This document shows, piece by piece, positions 53,808 through 63,428 of a stretch of DNA of 64,000 nt. Made by a program: the position numbers and the translations under genes. Source of the DNA: a virus; IMG/VR virus record IMGVR_UViG_3300045988_145033, positions 64,001 to 128,000 of that record; one strand, 5' to 3'. The notes below the pieces were generated by a model. It did not search any database. It had not been told where the DNA came from and worked only from the letters and a program-made list of their open reading frames with translations. Every line of letters starts with the position of its first letter. Position 1 is the stretch's first letter.

Positions 53808-55640
53808 ATGGAAGATATAACTTTATATGGAAATGAAGTTCTACCAGAAGTAAGAGAATATATGTATGCTGAAGCTGAAATGACAGTATCGTATAATTTA
53901 ATACAAGATTATTTCTTCAATCTTATGGATAGCTTTAGAGATGAAACTATATACTATGGTGAAGCTGATGATGATGGTGAAGTTAAAACTGGATTTTTTG
54001 CGAAGATAGGACAAATGTTTGTAAAGATGTGGAAAGCTATTATAAACTTTATTAAAACTGTATTTAGAAAAACTTGGGAAATACTTTCAAAACCATTCAG
54101 TTTTAAAATGAATAGAGCTAATAACTCGTCTGGTGGCGGAGGTGGCGGTGGCTCATCAACACCTACTGAAAGAACTGCTGGTGGAGGCGGTGCTGAAGAA
54201 ACTGCTAATAGAATAACTACTACAGATTTTAGACAATACCAAGAAATTGCAAACTTAAGAAGAAATCTAGTTTCATATCTTGGAAAAATGTCTACGGTAG
54301 AAAAGGATAAACTTTTAGCTACATTTGCTATAATGAAGGATGATAGTGTAAAAAATATAAGTCTTACTAAGATAGACAATAAAGGTACATACGATACACA
54401 CATAAAAAATATGGAAGCTATAAAGAAGAACTTGCTTGAAAACTTTAAACTTATATACGAATATGATGAGTTAAAGGATACAGATGCTATTAAAAACGTA
54501 GCAGCTACTCCAGCCATGAACCTTGTGTATAAGGAAGTACCAAAGCATTCTTTAATAAATGTAAAATATGAAAAGCCTAAAGAAGATGAAGAAGTAGTTA
54601 AAAAAGGAATAGCATCTCTATTCGGGATACAAATGATAGCTAAAAAGATTATAGAATGTACATCTAAAGTTACAGATACGACACAAACTGTTCAAAAGAA
54701 AAAGTCTGAAGCTAGTATAGCTAAAGATATTAAGAGTTTGATTAATACAATATTAGCGATAAATATGAGTGATACTGGAACTCACACTGGACTTATAACG
54801 GATAAGGATAATGATATAAAGGTATTTGGAGACTATAATATAGTAGAGCTTTCTAAAGCTGTTAATGTTATATACGTATACTCATTTGGAGAAGATGCTT
54901 TAAAATTACTTAAAAAAGACCCTACAGGTATAATACAAGCTAAATTAAATTCAAATACAGTAATAAAGCCAGAAGCATATGAAACTAATAAAGGTATATT
55001 CTTAAAGAAAATGGTTAATGTCAATATAGCTGACAAGGTGTTAGAAACTGTTCAAATTAAAGCCGATGGAAATCAACCAGAATCTTTAACTTCTATTCTT
55101 AGTAAAGAATTTAAAGCAGCCGAAGGCAAAAAACCAGCAACAACATATGATGCACTAAGAGACCAGCTACTTAATGCTTTAGCGACATTTAAAGATTTAA
55201 GAGAGAATAATGAAAAGAAAGATAACGATGGTAAAACTGAATATGATAAAATAACAGATGAAAATGAAGCAGTTAAAGCGTCTGATATGTGGAAAGGTAT
55301 AGTAACTAATGCTGCAAAGATAATTAAGAATGTAGCTAGTAGTGCACCAGAAATGGCAAGAACTATAACTAGAATAGATACAGCCATAGTTATACATAAG
55401 CACTTATATAATACTATTCTTAGTGTATCGGTTACTGCTAACTTATGGGACGTATATTGTCATATGTATAAGGTAGCTAAAGACAACTTAGAGAATAATA
55501 AAGAGTTGATAAAGGATACAACAGGAAGCGATGACGCTACTAAAGAGCACAAACTAATAAAAGAAAAGTTAGCAGCATTAGATACAGAAGTTGCAGATTT
55601 AAAAGTTCAACTACAAAAAGAACTTAAAGGAAAACAATAA
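53808..55640 (+). CDS. Paralog family member 1 (610 aa). N-terminal Y-x-E repeats, amphipathic/TM helix, poly-Gly linker and a long helical body. Putative internal head protein.
   Basis: LYGNEV, MYAEAE and YYGEADDDG. Then FFAKIGQMFVKMWKAIINFIKTVF. Then SSGGGGGGGSSTP. Confidence 0.7.
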   Translation: MEDITLYGNEVLPEVREYMYAEAEMTVSYNLIQDYFFNLMDSFRDETIYYGEADDDGEVKTGFFAKIGQMFVKMWKAIINFIKTVFRKTWEILSKPFSFKMNRANNSSGGGGGGGSSTPTERTAGGGGAEETANRITTTDFRQYQEIANLRRNLVSYLGKMSTVEKDKLLATFAIMKDDSVKNISLTKIDNKGTYDTHIKNMEAIKKNLLENFKLIYEYDELKDTDAIKNVAATPAMNLVYKEVPKHSLINVKYEKPKEDEEVVKKGIASLFGIQMIAKKIIECTSKVTDTTQTVQKKKSEASIAKDIKSLINTILAINMSDTGTHTGLITDKDNDIKVFGDYNIVELSKAVNVIYVYSFGEDALKLLKKDPTGIIQAKLNSNTVIKPEAYETNKGIFLKKMVNVNIADKVLETVQIKADGNQPESLTSILSKEFKAAEGKKPATTYDALRDQLLNALATFKDLRENNEKKDNDGKTEYDKITDENEAVKASDMWKGIVTNAAKIIKNVASSAPEMARTITRIDTAIVIHKHLYNTILSVSVTANLWDVYCHMYKVAKDNLENNKELIKDTTGSDDATKEHKLIKEKLAALDTEVADLKVQLQKELKGKQ

Positions 55641-55650
55641 TAAAATTAAT

Positions 55651-55672
55651 ACTCCACCATTACGGTGGAGTA
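55651..55672. terminator. Bidirectional terminator ACTCCACC-attac-GGTGGAGT
   Basis: Perfect 8-bp stem between convergent stops at 55640 and 55676. Confidence 0.7.
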
Positions 55673-55675
55673 TCT

Positions 55676-57310
55676 TTATTTATCATCGTCATCACTTTTT
55701 ACAGATATATAATATAGTGCTTGTACTACAGTTGATATATCTTCTTGAATCTTTTTATAGAATGGATTATTTACATTTCTTATAAATTTTTGAGATATAT
55801 CTACAATCTTTGATACAACCAGTGTTATATTGATACTACGATTTAAAATATTTTCTAATGCTATCTTTGTAGAATACTCATCGAATTGTAAAGTTTCATC
55901 TGATTGAAATTCATTTAGTTTATCTCTTATTTCCTTACCTTTACTATGTAGAGCATTTATAGATTTTGATAAATCGTTTAGTTCTATCGTATTATCGTCT
56001 ATAACCTTCATAAGTTTAGCTGTTATTCTAGTTTCTATATCAGCTAAATCAGAACGAGCTATAGCATAAACAGTTTTCTCATTATCGCTTAATTTTCTAA
56101 ATTCAGAGAAAACTAAAGTATTTTTGATTTCAGCTAAATTAGAATTTCTAACGAACTTCATATCTTGTAGTATACTCGCAAGTGTATTTAAAGTCTTATC
56201 GTCAAGTATAGGTATATTCTGAACCTTACCTTTAGTTTCGTTTATAATTCTACTTTCAAGTTTAGCGACATCTGGACTTCCTTTTAACTTATCGTCTATA
56301 GACAGTATAAGATTCGTGTATTCTGTTGCTGATTTTTCCGATAATCCCTCAAATACAGTAGAGTACCCTGTATTAATTTCTTTCTGCAACTGTGTTATTT
56401 CAGCGTCTGTAGGCTTTCTATTTGCATTACCGTCCGTATCAATCTTAATTCTTTTTATAGTCATTATAGAATTTGGAGTAGTCTGATAAATCATAGCAAC
56501 CAACATAAGAGAGTCAGCATTTATAAGAGTATCGGTCATGAAATCTGCTATAAAATATTTACCACCTTTAGACAAAGCTTGTATTTTTTCAACTTTATCG
56601 AAATATGTATCAATATCTTCGAAATCCTCAAAAGGATATTGTCTTAAAATATCGCTATATTTAGTTCCGTCAAATGCTTTATCTTCAGCGATATTTCCAC
56701 GAACAACATCAAGAACAAGATTTGCTATATCTTTTGATATAACAAATACACCATTTGATGTCTTGTCTATATCAACTCTTATATCCTTTACAGCTTCCCT
56801 ACTTATATCATTTATCATCTCGTCAGTTAAAGGTTTACCTTCTTCGTTGCTTATAATATTATCAAGTCTTTTACGTATTCTTAAAGTAGCTTCTCCGTCT
56901 CTTAAACCGCCATATTTACGTATAGCTTCTTTAGCTCTTAATGTCATCATCTTAAGATTAGCCGCTCTTATAATTTCAGGTTGACGTCCGACTCTTCCAA
57001 TATTTACAGAAGAGTAGTCTGAACCTCCACCTCCACCCGAATAAATGTCAACACGGTCTCCTTTTAGTTTATCTTTGACTTTCTTGAATATGAAGCTAAA
57101 GATACCGAATATAACAGTTTTAATTCCCATCAATATTTTAAGCAATAAAGATATAGCCGATTTAGCCATATTTCCTATAGCTTGAAAGATAGACTTTACA
57201 GATTCATCATAAAGTCTAAGTTTATTTTCTGTCTCTATTCTATCCTTTAAAGCTTGTAGCTGATATGTAGCAGCTACAGCTTCGTAATATTCTATAGAAT
57301 AATCTTCCAT
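55676..57310 (-). CDS. Paralog family member 2 (544 aa)
   Basis: YYEAVAA; hydrophobic AISLLLKILMGIKTVIFGIFSFIF; SGGGGGSDYSS linker. Confidence 0.7.
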   Translation of the reverse strand: MEDYSIEYYEAVAATYQLQALKDRIETENKLRLYDESVKSIFQAIGNMAKSAISLLLKILMGIKTVIFGIFSFIFKKVKDKLKGDRVDIYSGGGGGSDYSSVNIGRVGRQPEIIRAANLKMMTLRAKEAIRKYGGLRDGEATLRIRKRLDNIISNEEGKPLTDEMINDISREAVKDIRVDIDKTSNGVFVISKDIANLVLDVVRGNIAEDKAFDGTKYSDILRQYPFEDFEDIDTYFDKVEKIQALSKGGKYFIADFMTDTLINADSLMLVAMIYQTTPNSIMTIKRIKIDTDGNANRKPTDAEITQLQKEINTGYSTVFEGLSEKSATEYTNLILSIDDKLKGSPDVAKLESRIINETKGKVQNIPILDDKTLNTLASILQDMKFVRNSNLAEIKNTLVFSEFRKLSDNEKTVYAIARSDLADIETRITAKLMKVIDDNTIELNDLSKSINALHSKGKEIRDKLNEFQSDETLQFDEYSTKIALENILNRSINITLVVSKIVDISQKFIRNVNNPFYKKIQEDISTVVQALYYISVKSDDDDK

Positions 57311-57322
57311 TTTATCACTTCC

Positions 57323-58765
57323 TTATTTTAAAAATTCAGCGAAATTAGTTCTAATGAATTCTTCGTTTTCTTTATCGTCTCCAGATACAAGTTGTAATAG
57401 ATTTTTCTCTTTACCTTTTATCTTTCCAGTTATGTTATTTAGTATATCTCTTCTCATGTTATGGAATATTTTACTATCTATTACATTTTTAACAACTTGT
57501 CCAATTTGTACCGAATACATAACTGAAGATGTCATAGCTATCGTAACGGTAATCCATTTATTTATTTCAGATATTATACCTTTATCTTCAATAGCATTAT
57601 TCTCATCTAAGTTATCTACTATAGACTTTATAGAATTTTGATATCCTGATAGTTTTCCAATTTTTTCTTTTATTGTTTTTATTTTACTATCGTCAATATC
57701 TTTACCTTCTGCTAGTTCACTAAATATACTATATATTTTTGATTGATTGCTTATTTTTTCAGCGTTAAATGAGATTTGTAAATTCATTCTTTCATCATCA
57801 GCACTATCATTATCAAATTCCCAAGTAAAATTATAAAATGTGCTCATTAAATTCTTATGACTTTCTGATTTTATTTGTAGAACTTTAGATATATCACCGT
57901 AGTTTAAAATGTTCTTTGGAGATGCACTGTCAGTATATAGTTTAGATAAAACTTCGTTCGAATCTTTTTCAAATTTATCCACAGACTCTTTATTACTGAA
58001 ATCAACACTTTGAGTTTTTAATGGAGCTAGTAAAGCTATTAAATCTTCTTGCACATCTTTATATAAAGACTTTGTAGTATTTGCAATATTAGAACTTACA
58101 CCTATAGCTGTACCGTCGACTTTCCCGATATATCTATTCACATTTAATTGAGTTGCAGCAGATAGTAGTAATATACCCGGTGCATTTAATACCGTTTCTA
58201 ATATGAATTTAGGAAAAGTATCGTCATTGTCACTAGATACAATCTTTTTAAACTCAGCATTTGATTTATTATAGCTCTCATCATTTAATAAAACGACTGG
58301 TTCGCTCATATTGCTGTATTTATCTCTTATCGTAGACAATGTCGCTCCTTCGAAAACTTTATTCATAAGTTCAGACCTTATTTTTAATTTAGGTGTGCTA
58401 GAAGATGAGCCTCCACCACCTCCACCACCGAAAGAAATACCATTACCTTTCTTTCTTCTGAAATACATAATAAGTCCTATAATTACTAAAAGTAGTAGTC
58501 CTTTTATTCCTAATACCATTTTAAGTATAATAAGTATAGCTTTCTTTATGAATACTAAAAGTGCCGCAAATATTCCTCCAACGCTTTCAGCATACATTAT
58601 TTCTCTTCTTTGATACATCTCAAGCATTACTCTACCTTCTTCTAAAGCCATATAACTTTCGCAAATAGCAAGCTCATCAACTTCAGGAATTTCAATATCA
58701 CGATGTCTGCTACTATTATCAATATCAGCTACAGACTCCATATATAAATTTACTATATTATCCAT
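57323..58765 (-). CDS. Paralog family member 3 (480 aa)
   Basis: YMESVAD and MYAESVGG; long hydrophobic GGIFAALLVFIKKAILIILKMVLGIKGLLLLVIIGLIMYF; FGGGGGGGSSSSTP linker. Confidence 0.7.
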   Translation of the reverse strand: MDNIVNLYMESVADIDNSSRHRDIEIPEVDELAICESYMALEEGRVMLEMYQRREIMYAESVGGIFAALLVFIKKAILIILKMVLGIKGLLLLVIIGLIMYFRRKKGNGISFGGGGGGGSSSSTPKLKIRSELMNKVFEGATLSTIRDKYSNMSEPVVLLNDESYNKSNAEFKKIVSSDNDDTFPKFILETVLNAPGILLLSAATQLNVNRYIGKVDGTAIGVSSNIANTTKSLYKDVQEDLIALLAPLKTQSVDFSNKESVDKFEKDSNEVLSKLYTDSASPKNILNYGDISKVLQIKSESHKNLMSTFYNFTWEFDNDSADDERMNLQISFNAEKISNQSKIYSIFSELAEGKDIDDSKIKTIKEKIGKLSGYQNSIKSIVDNLDENNAIEDKGIISEINKWITVTIAMTSSVMYSVQIGQVVKNVIDSKIFHNMRRDILNNITGKIKGKEKNLLQLVSGDDKENEEFIRTNFAEFLK

Positions 58766-58796
58766 ATTAAACCTCCATTTTTTTTTGTTTTTAATC

Positions 58797-58808
58797 TAAA
58801 ACGCTGTT
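58797..58808 (-). promoter_or_regulatory. Late-type promoter AACA-GCGTTT-TA-GATTAAAAACAAAAAAAAATGGAGG
   Basis: Full consensus upstream of 57323..58765. Confidence 0.55.
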
Positions 58809-58837
58809 TTAAAGGTATTTATAAGATAAAAAAAAAT

Positions 58838-58855
58838 AATACCCCGAAGGGTATT
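58838..58855 (-). terminator. Terminator AATACCC-cgaa-GGGTATT
   Basis: A9 tract plus a perfect stem after the stop of 58871..60109. Confidence 0.6.
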
Positions 58856-58870
58856 ATTTTATCATATAAT

Positions 58871-60109
58871 TTATTCCTTAGCTGTAGAAGTTTGCACATT
58901 TTTCAATTTATCTAAAGATGTACATAAAGGTTTTACATAACCGATAAATCTATCAAGTTGTATTTTACCTGTGTTGAATGCAGTTACAACAGCTGTAGAA
59001 ACTCTTGTCATGTATGTAGAGTACACAGTAGATATTCTCATAAGAGCAGACGCGTTATCTTTTACATTTTGATTTTCATTTTCTTTATCAGTACGGTCAT
59101 TATAAATACCTTCGGCTTTATTTTCGATTCTTGCCATTAATTTCTTCAAGTCGTCGATTTTTTCTTTATATTCAGATACACCTTTATCTAAAGCGTCTTC
59201 TATATCATCATATACGATATTTTTAGCCGCACTATTTAATTTAGCTATAGCTTTAGGTATATCTCCTCCTTTCTTAACTGTGTCAGCTTTAGAATCCCAT
59301 AATTTTGCAATAGCTTCTGCTGGTTTTTGAGTTGAAGTGTCACCGAATATAGCACCATTTAAGTCAGGGTCAGTAATACCACCATTTTTTATAGCACTAT
59401 CGTATATGTATCTGACTAATGATTCGTCGTCTCTCATATGTCTAGCTTGTTGAACATCTTTAAATAGCCCTTCAACAGTTTTACCAGCACCTTCACTAGC
59501 AGATTTTAAATCTGTAATCTTTTCTAGTTCTTCAGTTAATTTTGAAATCGTTACAGTTTCTCCAGTTTTATCAGTTAAATTAATTTGTAGTAAAGTTTTA
59601 GTTCTTGTTGTAGCACCCTTAGCTAGTTTACTTCCTATAGTACCCATAATTATATTAGATATAGCTTCGTAAGCATAATCTTTAAAACTTATTTTATCGT
59701 CTTCATTGAAAGTTGTAAGTTTAGAAACTTTGTCTAATACATCTTTAATGTATTGAATATCCATTCTGTAGTTTTTGTTAGCTTTGAATCTTCCTAATAA
59801 TTTGATTACAAAGTCTTTTGCTTTTTCATACAATTTAACGATAGCTGCTATAATCTTTTTGAAGAACCCACCTTCAGCTTCTCCATACATAATAGCTCCT
59901 ACTAAAGATAGTCCTTTAGAATCCATTAATTCTTGAGTAGCTTCAGCATATAAAACACCATTTCTTTCCATATTTGCAGACGCTTCAGCATAAGCCATGA
60001 ATGATTCCATTAAGTCGGCTTCAGATGCTTCAGGTACTCCACCGTATAATGTTCCATGTTGTGGTAATGTTGCTTCACGATACAATTTCATGAATGTATT
60101 TTCTGACAT
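58871..60109 (-). CDS. Paralog family member 4 (412 aa)
   Basis: LYREAT, LYGGVPEA, AYAEASA, LYAEATQ and MYGEAEGG repeats, followed by FFKKIIAAIVKLYEKAKDFVIKLL. Confidence 0.7.
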   Translation of the reverse strand: MSENTFMKLYREATLPQHGTLYGGVPEASEADLMESFMAYAEASANMERNGVLYAEATQELMDSKGLSLVGAIMYGEAEGGFFKKIIAAIVKLYEKAKDFVIKLLGRFKANKNYRMDIQYIKDVLDKVSKLTTFNEDDKISFKDYAYEAISNIIMGTIGSKLAKGATTRTKTLLQINLTDKTGETVTISKLTEELEKITDLKSASEGAGKTVEGLFKDVQQARHMRDDESLVRYIYDSAIKNGGITDPDLNGAIFGDTSTQKPAEAIAKLWDSKADTVKKGGDIPKAIAKLNSAAKNIVYDDIEDALDKGVSEYKEKIDDLKKLMARIENKAEGIYNDRTDKENENQNVKDNASALMRISTVYSTYMTRVSTAVVTAFNTGKIQLDRFIGYVKPLCTSLDKLKNVQTSTAKE

Positions 60110-60153
60110 ATTTTATACCTCCTAGTTATTTTAAAATTTATTTTGTTTTAATC

Positions 60154-60165
60154 TACACCTATGTT
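60154..60165 (-). promoter_or_regulatory. Late-type promoter AACA-TAGGTG-TA-GATTAAAACAAAATAAA
   Basis: Full consensus upstream of 58871..60109. Confidence 0.5.
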
Positions 60166-60270
60166 TATTTTCCTTGAAATAGGTATACTTTTCATATAAT
60201 TTGTTAGCTTGTACGCAAAAGGGTCAGAAACAAGGAAAATAGTTACATTAATATATAAGGAGGTAGCAAA

Positions 60271-63200
60271 ATGTCTGATATAAAAAGAATAGCATTTATA
60301 CCCTATGACAAGAAGCATAGAAACTATACGGAAGCTGATATTGTTGTAGGGGAGCTTATTATAGATAGCGAGACAGGTTATGCGTGGATAAAAGTTAAAT
60401 CAGGCGATTTGATTCCACTTCGTGGTGCAGGATATATAGATTTGATAAACTATATCGCTTCCACTATGGCGATAGGAATAGAGCCTAAAGATATACATTC
60501 ATTCTTACTAGATACAGCAAAAAGAATTCCTAATGAGAATATACCTACAGGTGTTTTAAAAGTAAGAGTACCGAAAGGAACTTCTACAGAATTTAAAGAA
60601 ATAGGAATAGTTACAAATGGAGAAAATTGTATAATATACACAGGAGAAAAAGATAGTGTCACACAAGAACCTATCACAGTTACAGTAAAGGACGTTTATT
60701 TAGACTATTCTAAATTTAAGAAAGAAACTAAAGAAACTCTTGCAGACCATACTACAAGAATTACATCTTTAGAAACTGAAATAGCTCAAAGAGCAAAAGA
60801 TACTAAAACTTTCTATGATAAATTTACAGAAGCTGAATCTGCTGATTTGGTTTATTGTATTCACCCAGATATGACAGCAACTAAACCAACAGAACCCACA
60901 AACTACATATTTGAGACTTCTATGGTTTTACATATGGATAATGGAGAGTCTGTAAATAGACACTCACTTGGATATCATATGGATTACAAAAATCACAGAA
61001 TAGATAAAGATAATGCTTATGTAAAGGACATAGGTAATAAGGTAGATTTATCTGTAAGATTTTATTATAAAAATGAATGTATTTGGGTACAACCTACTCA
61101 AATAGACGGTGAGTTTATTTTAAGAGATAAATCACCAAACGCTGGCTCATTTGTACCTTATAAAGGACAAGTTACAAAAGAATCATTTGCAGCATCAGGT
61201 TTAACACCGGGAGATTTAATAATTCCTTTAGGTTCTTCTAATAATGAAGAATCTGTATCTTGGACTTATTATCAAGCAAATCATGGTTTTCCACCTATGA
61301 GTGCTGTATACTTTGATAAAGAAGATAATAAATGGAAACTAGCAACTTTAAAGAATAGAGCTAAAAATATAGCAATTCCTATAGATGAGAACTGGCTTAC
61401 TATATATTCGGCTGGACATATTAAAGTACCAGAAAATGCTAAAGCTAACTTAAGTGATGAAGATTTCGTATCTAATGAAATGTACTACTTAAGCCAAACT
61501 ATAAATGGTGGATTTCAAAAAGAATATCCAACTTATATTTATCAGGAACTAGGATACGCTTATATGAAATACGGTTCTATGTGGTTTGCAATTCATATAG
61601 ATACACCAGTTGAACTTGCAGCTTACACTATTAAGAATATGGCAACTAAAGAAGATTTAAAGAATAGACAACTTGTGGTACAAGTAGCAACTCCGGATAT
61701 AGCAAAGCTTGATGAACCATTAGGAACTGTAATGACAGTCGCTGATGATAGTGGAGAAGAAACTTGGCATATAAGAAAGGTACAAGAAACTAGAAAAGAT
61801 AGTGAAAGTATACAAATAAGAAATGGTTTATGGGCAAATATCATCGAAGTATCTGGTAAGATAAAAGAAGAGGATATGGCTGGTAAACTAGATAAAGGTA
61901 TAAACTTTGCAAAATATAAAGCTGAGTATCCAGATGCTGTTGCTATTATAGAAAAGATAATAAATGGTATAGGGTATAAAACTGGAGATAGATTAAAGAC
62001 TTGGCAAGAGCTTATGGAAGATTTAGAAAAGTATGTAAAGAAAGAGCAAATAACTCAATCTATGACAGAAAATAGTATAGATAAAATACCTTCTGCTAAT
62101 ATCTTTAATCAACTTCTAAAACTTGTACAAGATATTAAACTCGGACATACTGGAAGTATAGTACCGCAAGAAAATACAGCGGTACATATTCAATCTGGTA
62201 TACTTCAAAGAACTGCTGTGACTATTCAATCGAATGTAGACGTTTTATACAATCCTACATTATTTATAGACGGTCAGCAATACGATAGAGCTTACTGGTC
62301 ATTTGATGCAAATACTGGTATCATAACTTTAAAAGAGCCTTATGATATGTATACAGATGCTAGATGGACAATATTTGACGTATTTCCTACAGATATTAAA
62401 TATATATCAAATAGTGTAGGAGCAATTCAAATAGCACCTTATGCTAACTCGCTTAAAGATTATGACGTCATAAAATGTCTTGGAGAAAATTCAAAATACG
62501 ACGGTGGTTATCAACTACGTATGGTTGTACCAGAATCTGATATTACAAACTCGTCATCTCAATGGCATTTCTTAGCTAGTCAACCTAGAGTAAAATTTAA
62601 AAATAAATGGCTTGTAGAGCTTCCAAAAACTCACGTAAAAAGAGAACTTGAAAGAAAGTTAGAAAAAGAAATATTTGACGCATATGTTAAAAAGAATGCA
62701 GTATATACTTTAGAAGATGTAGGATACGATAATATCGAAGGTATAGGATACGTGAAGGGTAAATATAAACTTAAATCTGAAAATGAGCTTACATTAAGAT
62801 TTAATATAAAGGTCACTAAAGACTTACTTGTACAACCGCCACAAGGACAAACAGAAGACCCTTTAAAGAATATGCAAATGGATTATTTAAGATTTGTAGC
62901 TAATCTTCCAGAAGGTATAGAGAAGAGTGATTTATTATTTGAGTATGCTCAAGTTTCAGTATACGATTATAAAGAAGAGCCAGATTTTATAGATGTCGAT
63001 GAATATAACTTCACTGATAGTTCCAGTCAAACTCATCAAAGAAAGACTAGAATTAAGAAATTTGGTTTTGGAATTATGTATCAGTATACTTCAGATGTAA
63101 GACCGCTTACAAAATACGACGGACTTTCAAGTAGACCTACTCCTAGTGGAAATAAAAATAGAGACGGTTCACTTGAGTATATGGACGATATGTCGGTAAA

Positions 63201-63417
63201 CTATGACGTTTATAATGAGCTTAAAACTAGAGATAAGAATAATAATGTTATAGGAGAAGGAAGATTTGGAACTAATCCAATGGAACCGAAGTTCCCTAAT
63301 CATAACGCATTTATTCTTTTAATTCAAAGATACTTTGAAGGTTTGGCTGTAGGTTTTAATAAGCACTTATTTGAAGACTACTACTTAAATGTGACTATTA
63401 AAATACCTATGAGATAA
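60271..63417 (+). CDS. Large hypothetical structural protein (1048 aa), candidate tail or fibre component
   Basis: Long ORF with TAAGGAGG RBS inside a late-promoter-driven structural region. No recognisable motif. Confidence 0.7.
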   Translation: MSDIKRIAFIPYDKKHRNYTEADIVVGELIIDSETGYAWIKVKSGDLIPLRGAGYIDLINYIASTMAIGIEPKDIHSFLLDTAKRIPNENIPTGVLKVRVPKGTSTEFKEIGIVTNGENCIIYTGEKDSVTQEPITVTVKDVYLDYSKFKKETKETLADHTTRITSLETEIAQRAKDTKTFYDKFTEAESADLVYCIHPDMTATKPTEPTNYIFETSMVLHMDNGESVNRHSLGYHMDYKNHRIDKDNAYVKDIGNKVDLSVRFYYKNECIWVQPTQIDGEFILRDKSPNAGSFVPYKGQVTKESFAASGLTPGDLIIPLGSSNNEESVSWTYYQANHGFPPMSAVYFDKEDNKWKLATLKNRAKNIAIPIDENWLTIYSAGHIKVPENAKANLSDEDFVSNEMYYLSQTINGGFQKEYPTYIYQELGYAYMKYGSMWFAIHIDTPVELAAYTIKNMATKEDLKNRQLVVQVATPDIAKLDEPLGTVMTVADDSGEETWHIRKVQETRKDSESIQIRNGLWANIIEVSGKIKEEDMAGKLDKGINFAKYKAEYPDAVAIIEKIINGIGYKTGDRLKTWQELMEDLEKYVKKEQITQSMTENSIDKIPSANIFNQLLKLVQDIKLGHTGSIVPQENTAVHIQSGILQRTAVTIQSNVDVLYNPTLFIDGQQYDRAYWSFDANTGIITLKEPYDMYTDARWTIFDVFPTDIKYISNSVGAIQIAPYANSLKDYDVIKCLGENSKYDGGYQLRMVVPESDITNSSSQWHFLASQPRVKFKNKWLVELPKTHVKRELERKLEKEIFDAYVKKNAVYTLEDVGYDNIEGIGYVKGKYKLKSENELTLRFNIKVTKDLLVQPPQGQTEDPLKNMQMDYLRFVANLPEGIEKSDLLFEYAQVSVYDYKEEPDFIDVDEYNFTDSSSQTHQRKTRIKKFGFGIMYQYTSDVRPLTKYDGLSSRPTPSGNKNRDGSLEYMDDMSVNYDVYNELKTRDKNNNVIGEGRFGTNPMEPKFPNHNAFILLIQRYFEGLAVGFNKHLFEDYYLNVTIKIPMR

Positions 63418-63428
63418 GGAGGACTGAA

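Noticed and set aside
14741-58837. A9-A11 homopolymer tracts as programmed-frameshift (slippery) sites
   Set aside because: All long A/T tracts lie in intergenic terminator cassettes immediately before or after hairpins, not inside coding frames.
4406-62816. Numerous 60-190-aa ORFs antisense to or out of frame within large genes. Examples are 4406..4738, 9757..9969, 15383..15589, 18215..18593, 22683..22892, 26419..26607, 27703..27948, 34381..34668, 36325..36671, 38778..39047, 39615..39971, 40306..40659, 44366..44581, 48226..48575, 50568..51211, 51363..51961, 53954..54517, 54833..55403, 56538..56984, 57354..57641, 58311..58613, 58958..59140, 60450..60677, 61623..61844 and 62631..62816.
   Set aside because: They have no RBS, low-complexity Ile/Leu/Ser/Phe-rich translations typical of reverse-frame AT-rich DNA, and they are fully nested in well-supported genes. 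They were treated as shadow ORFs.
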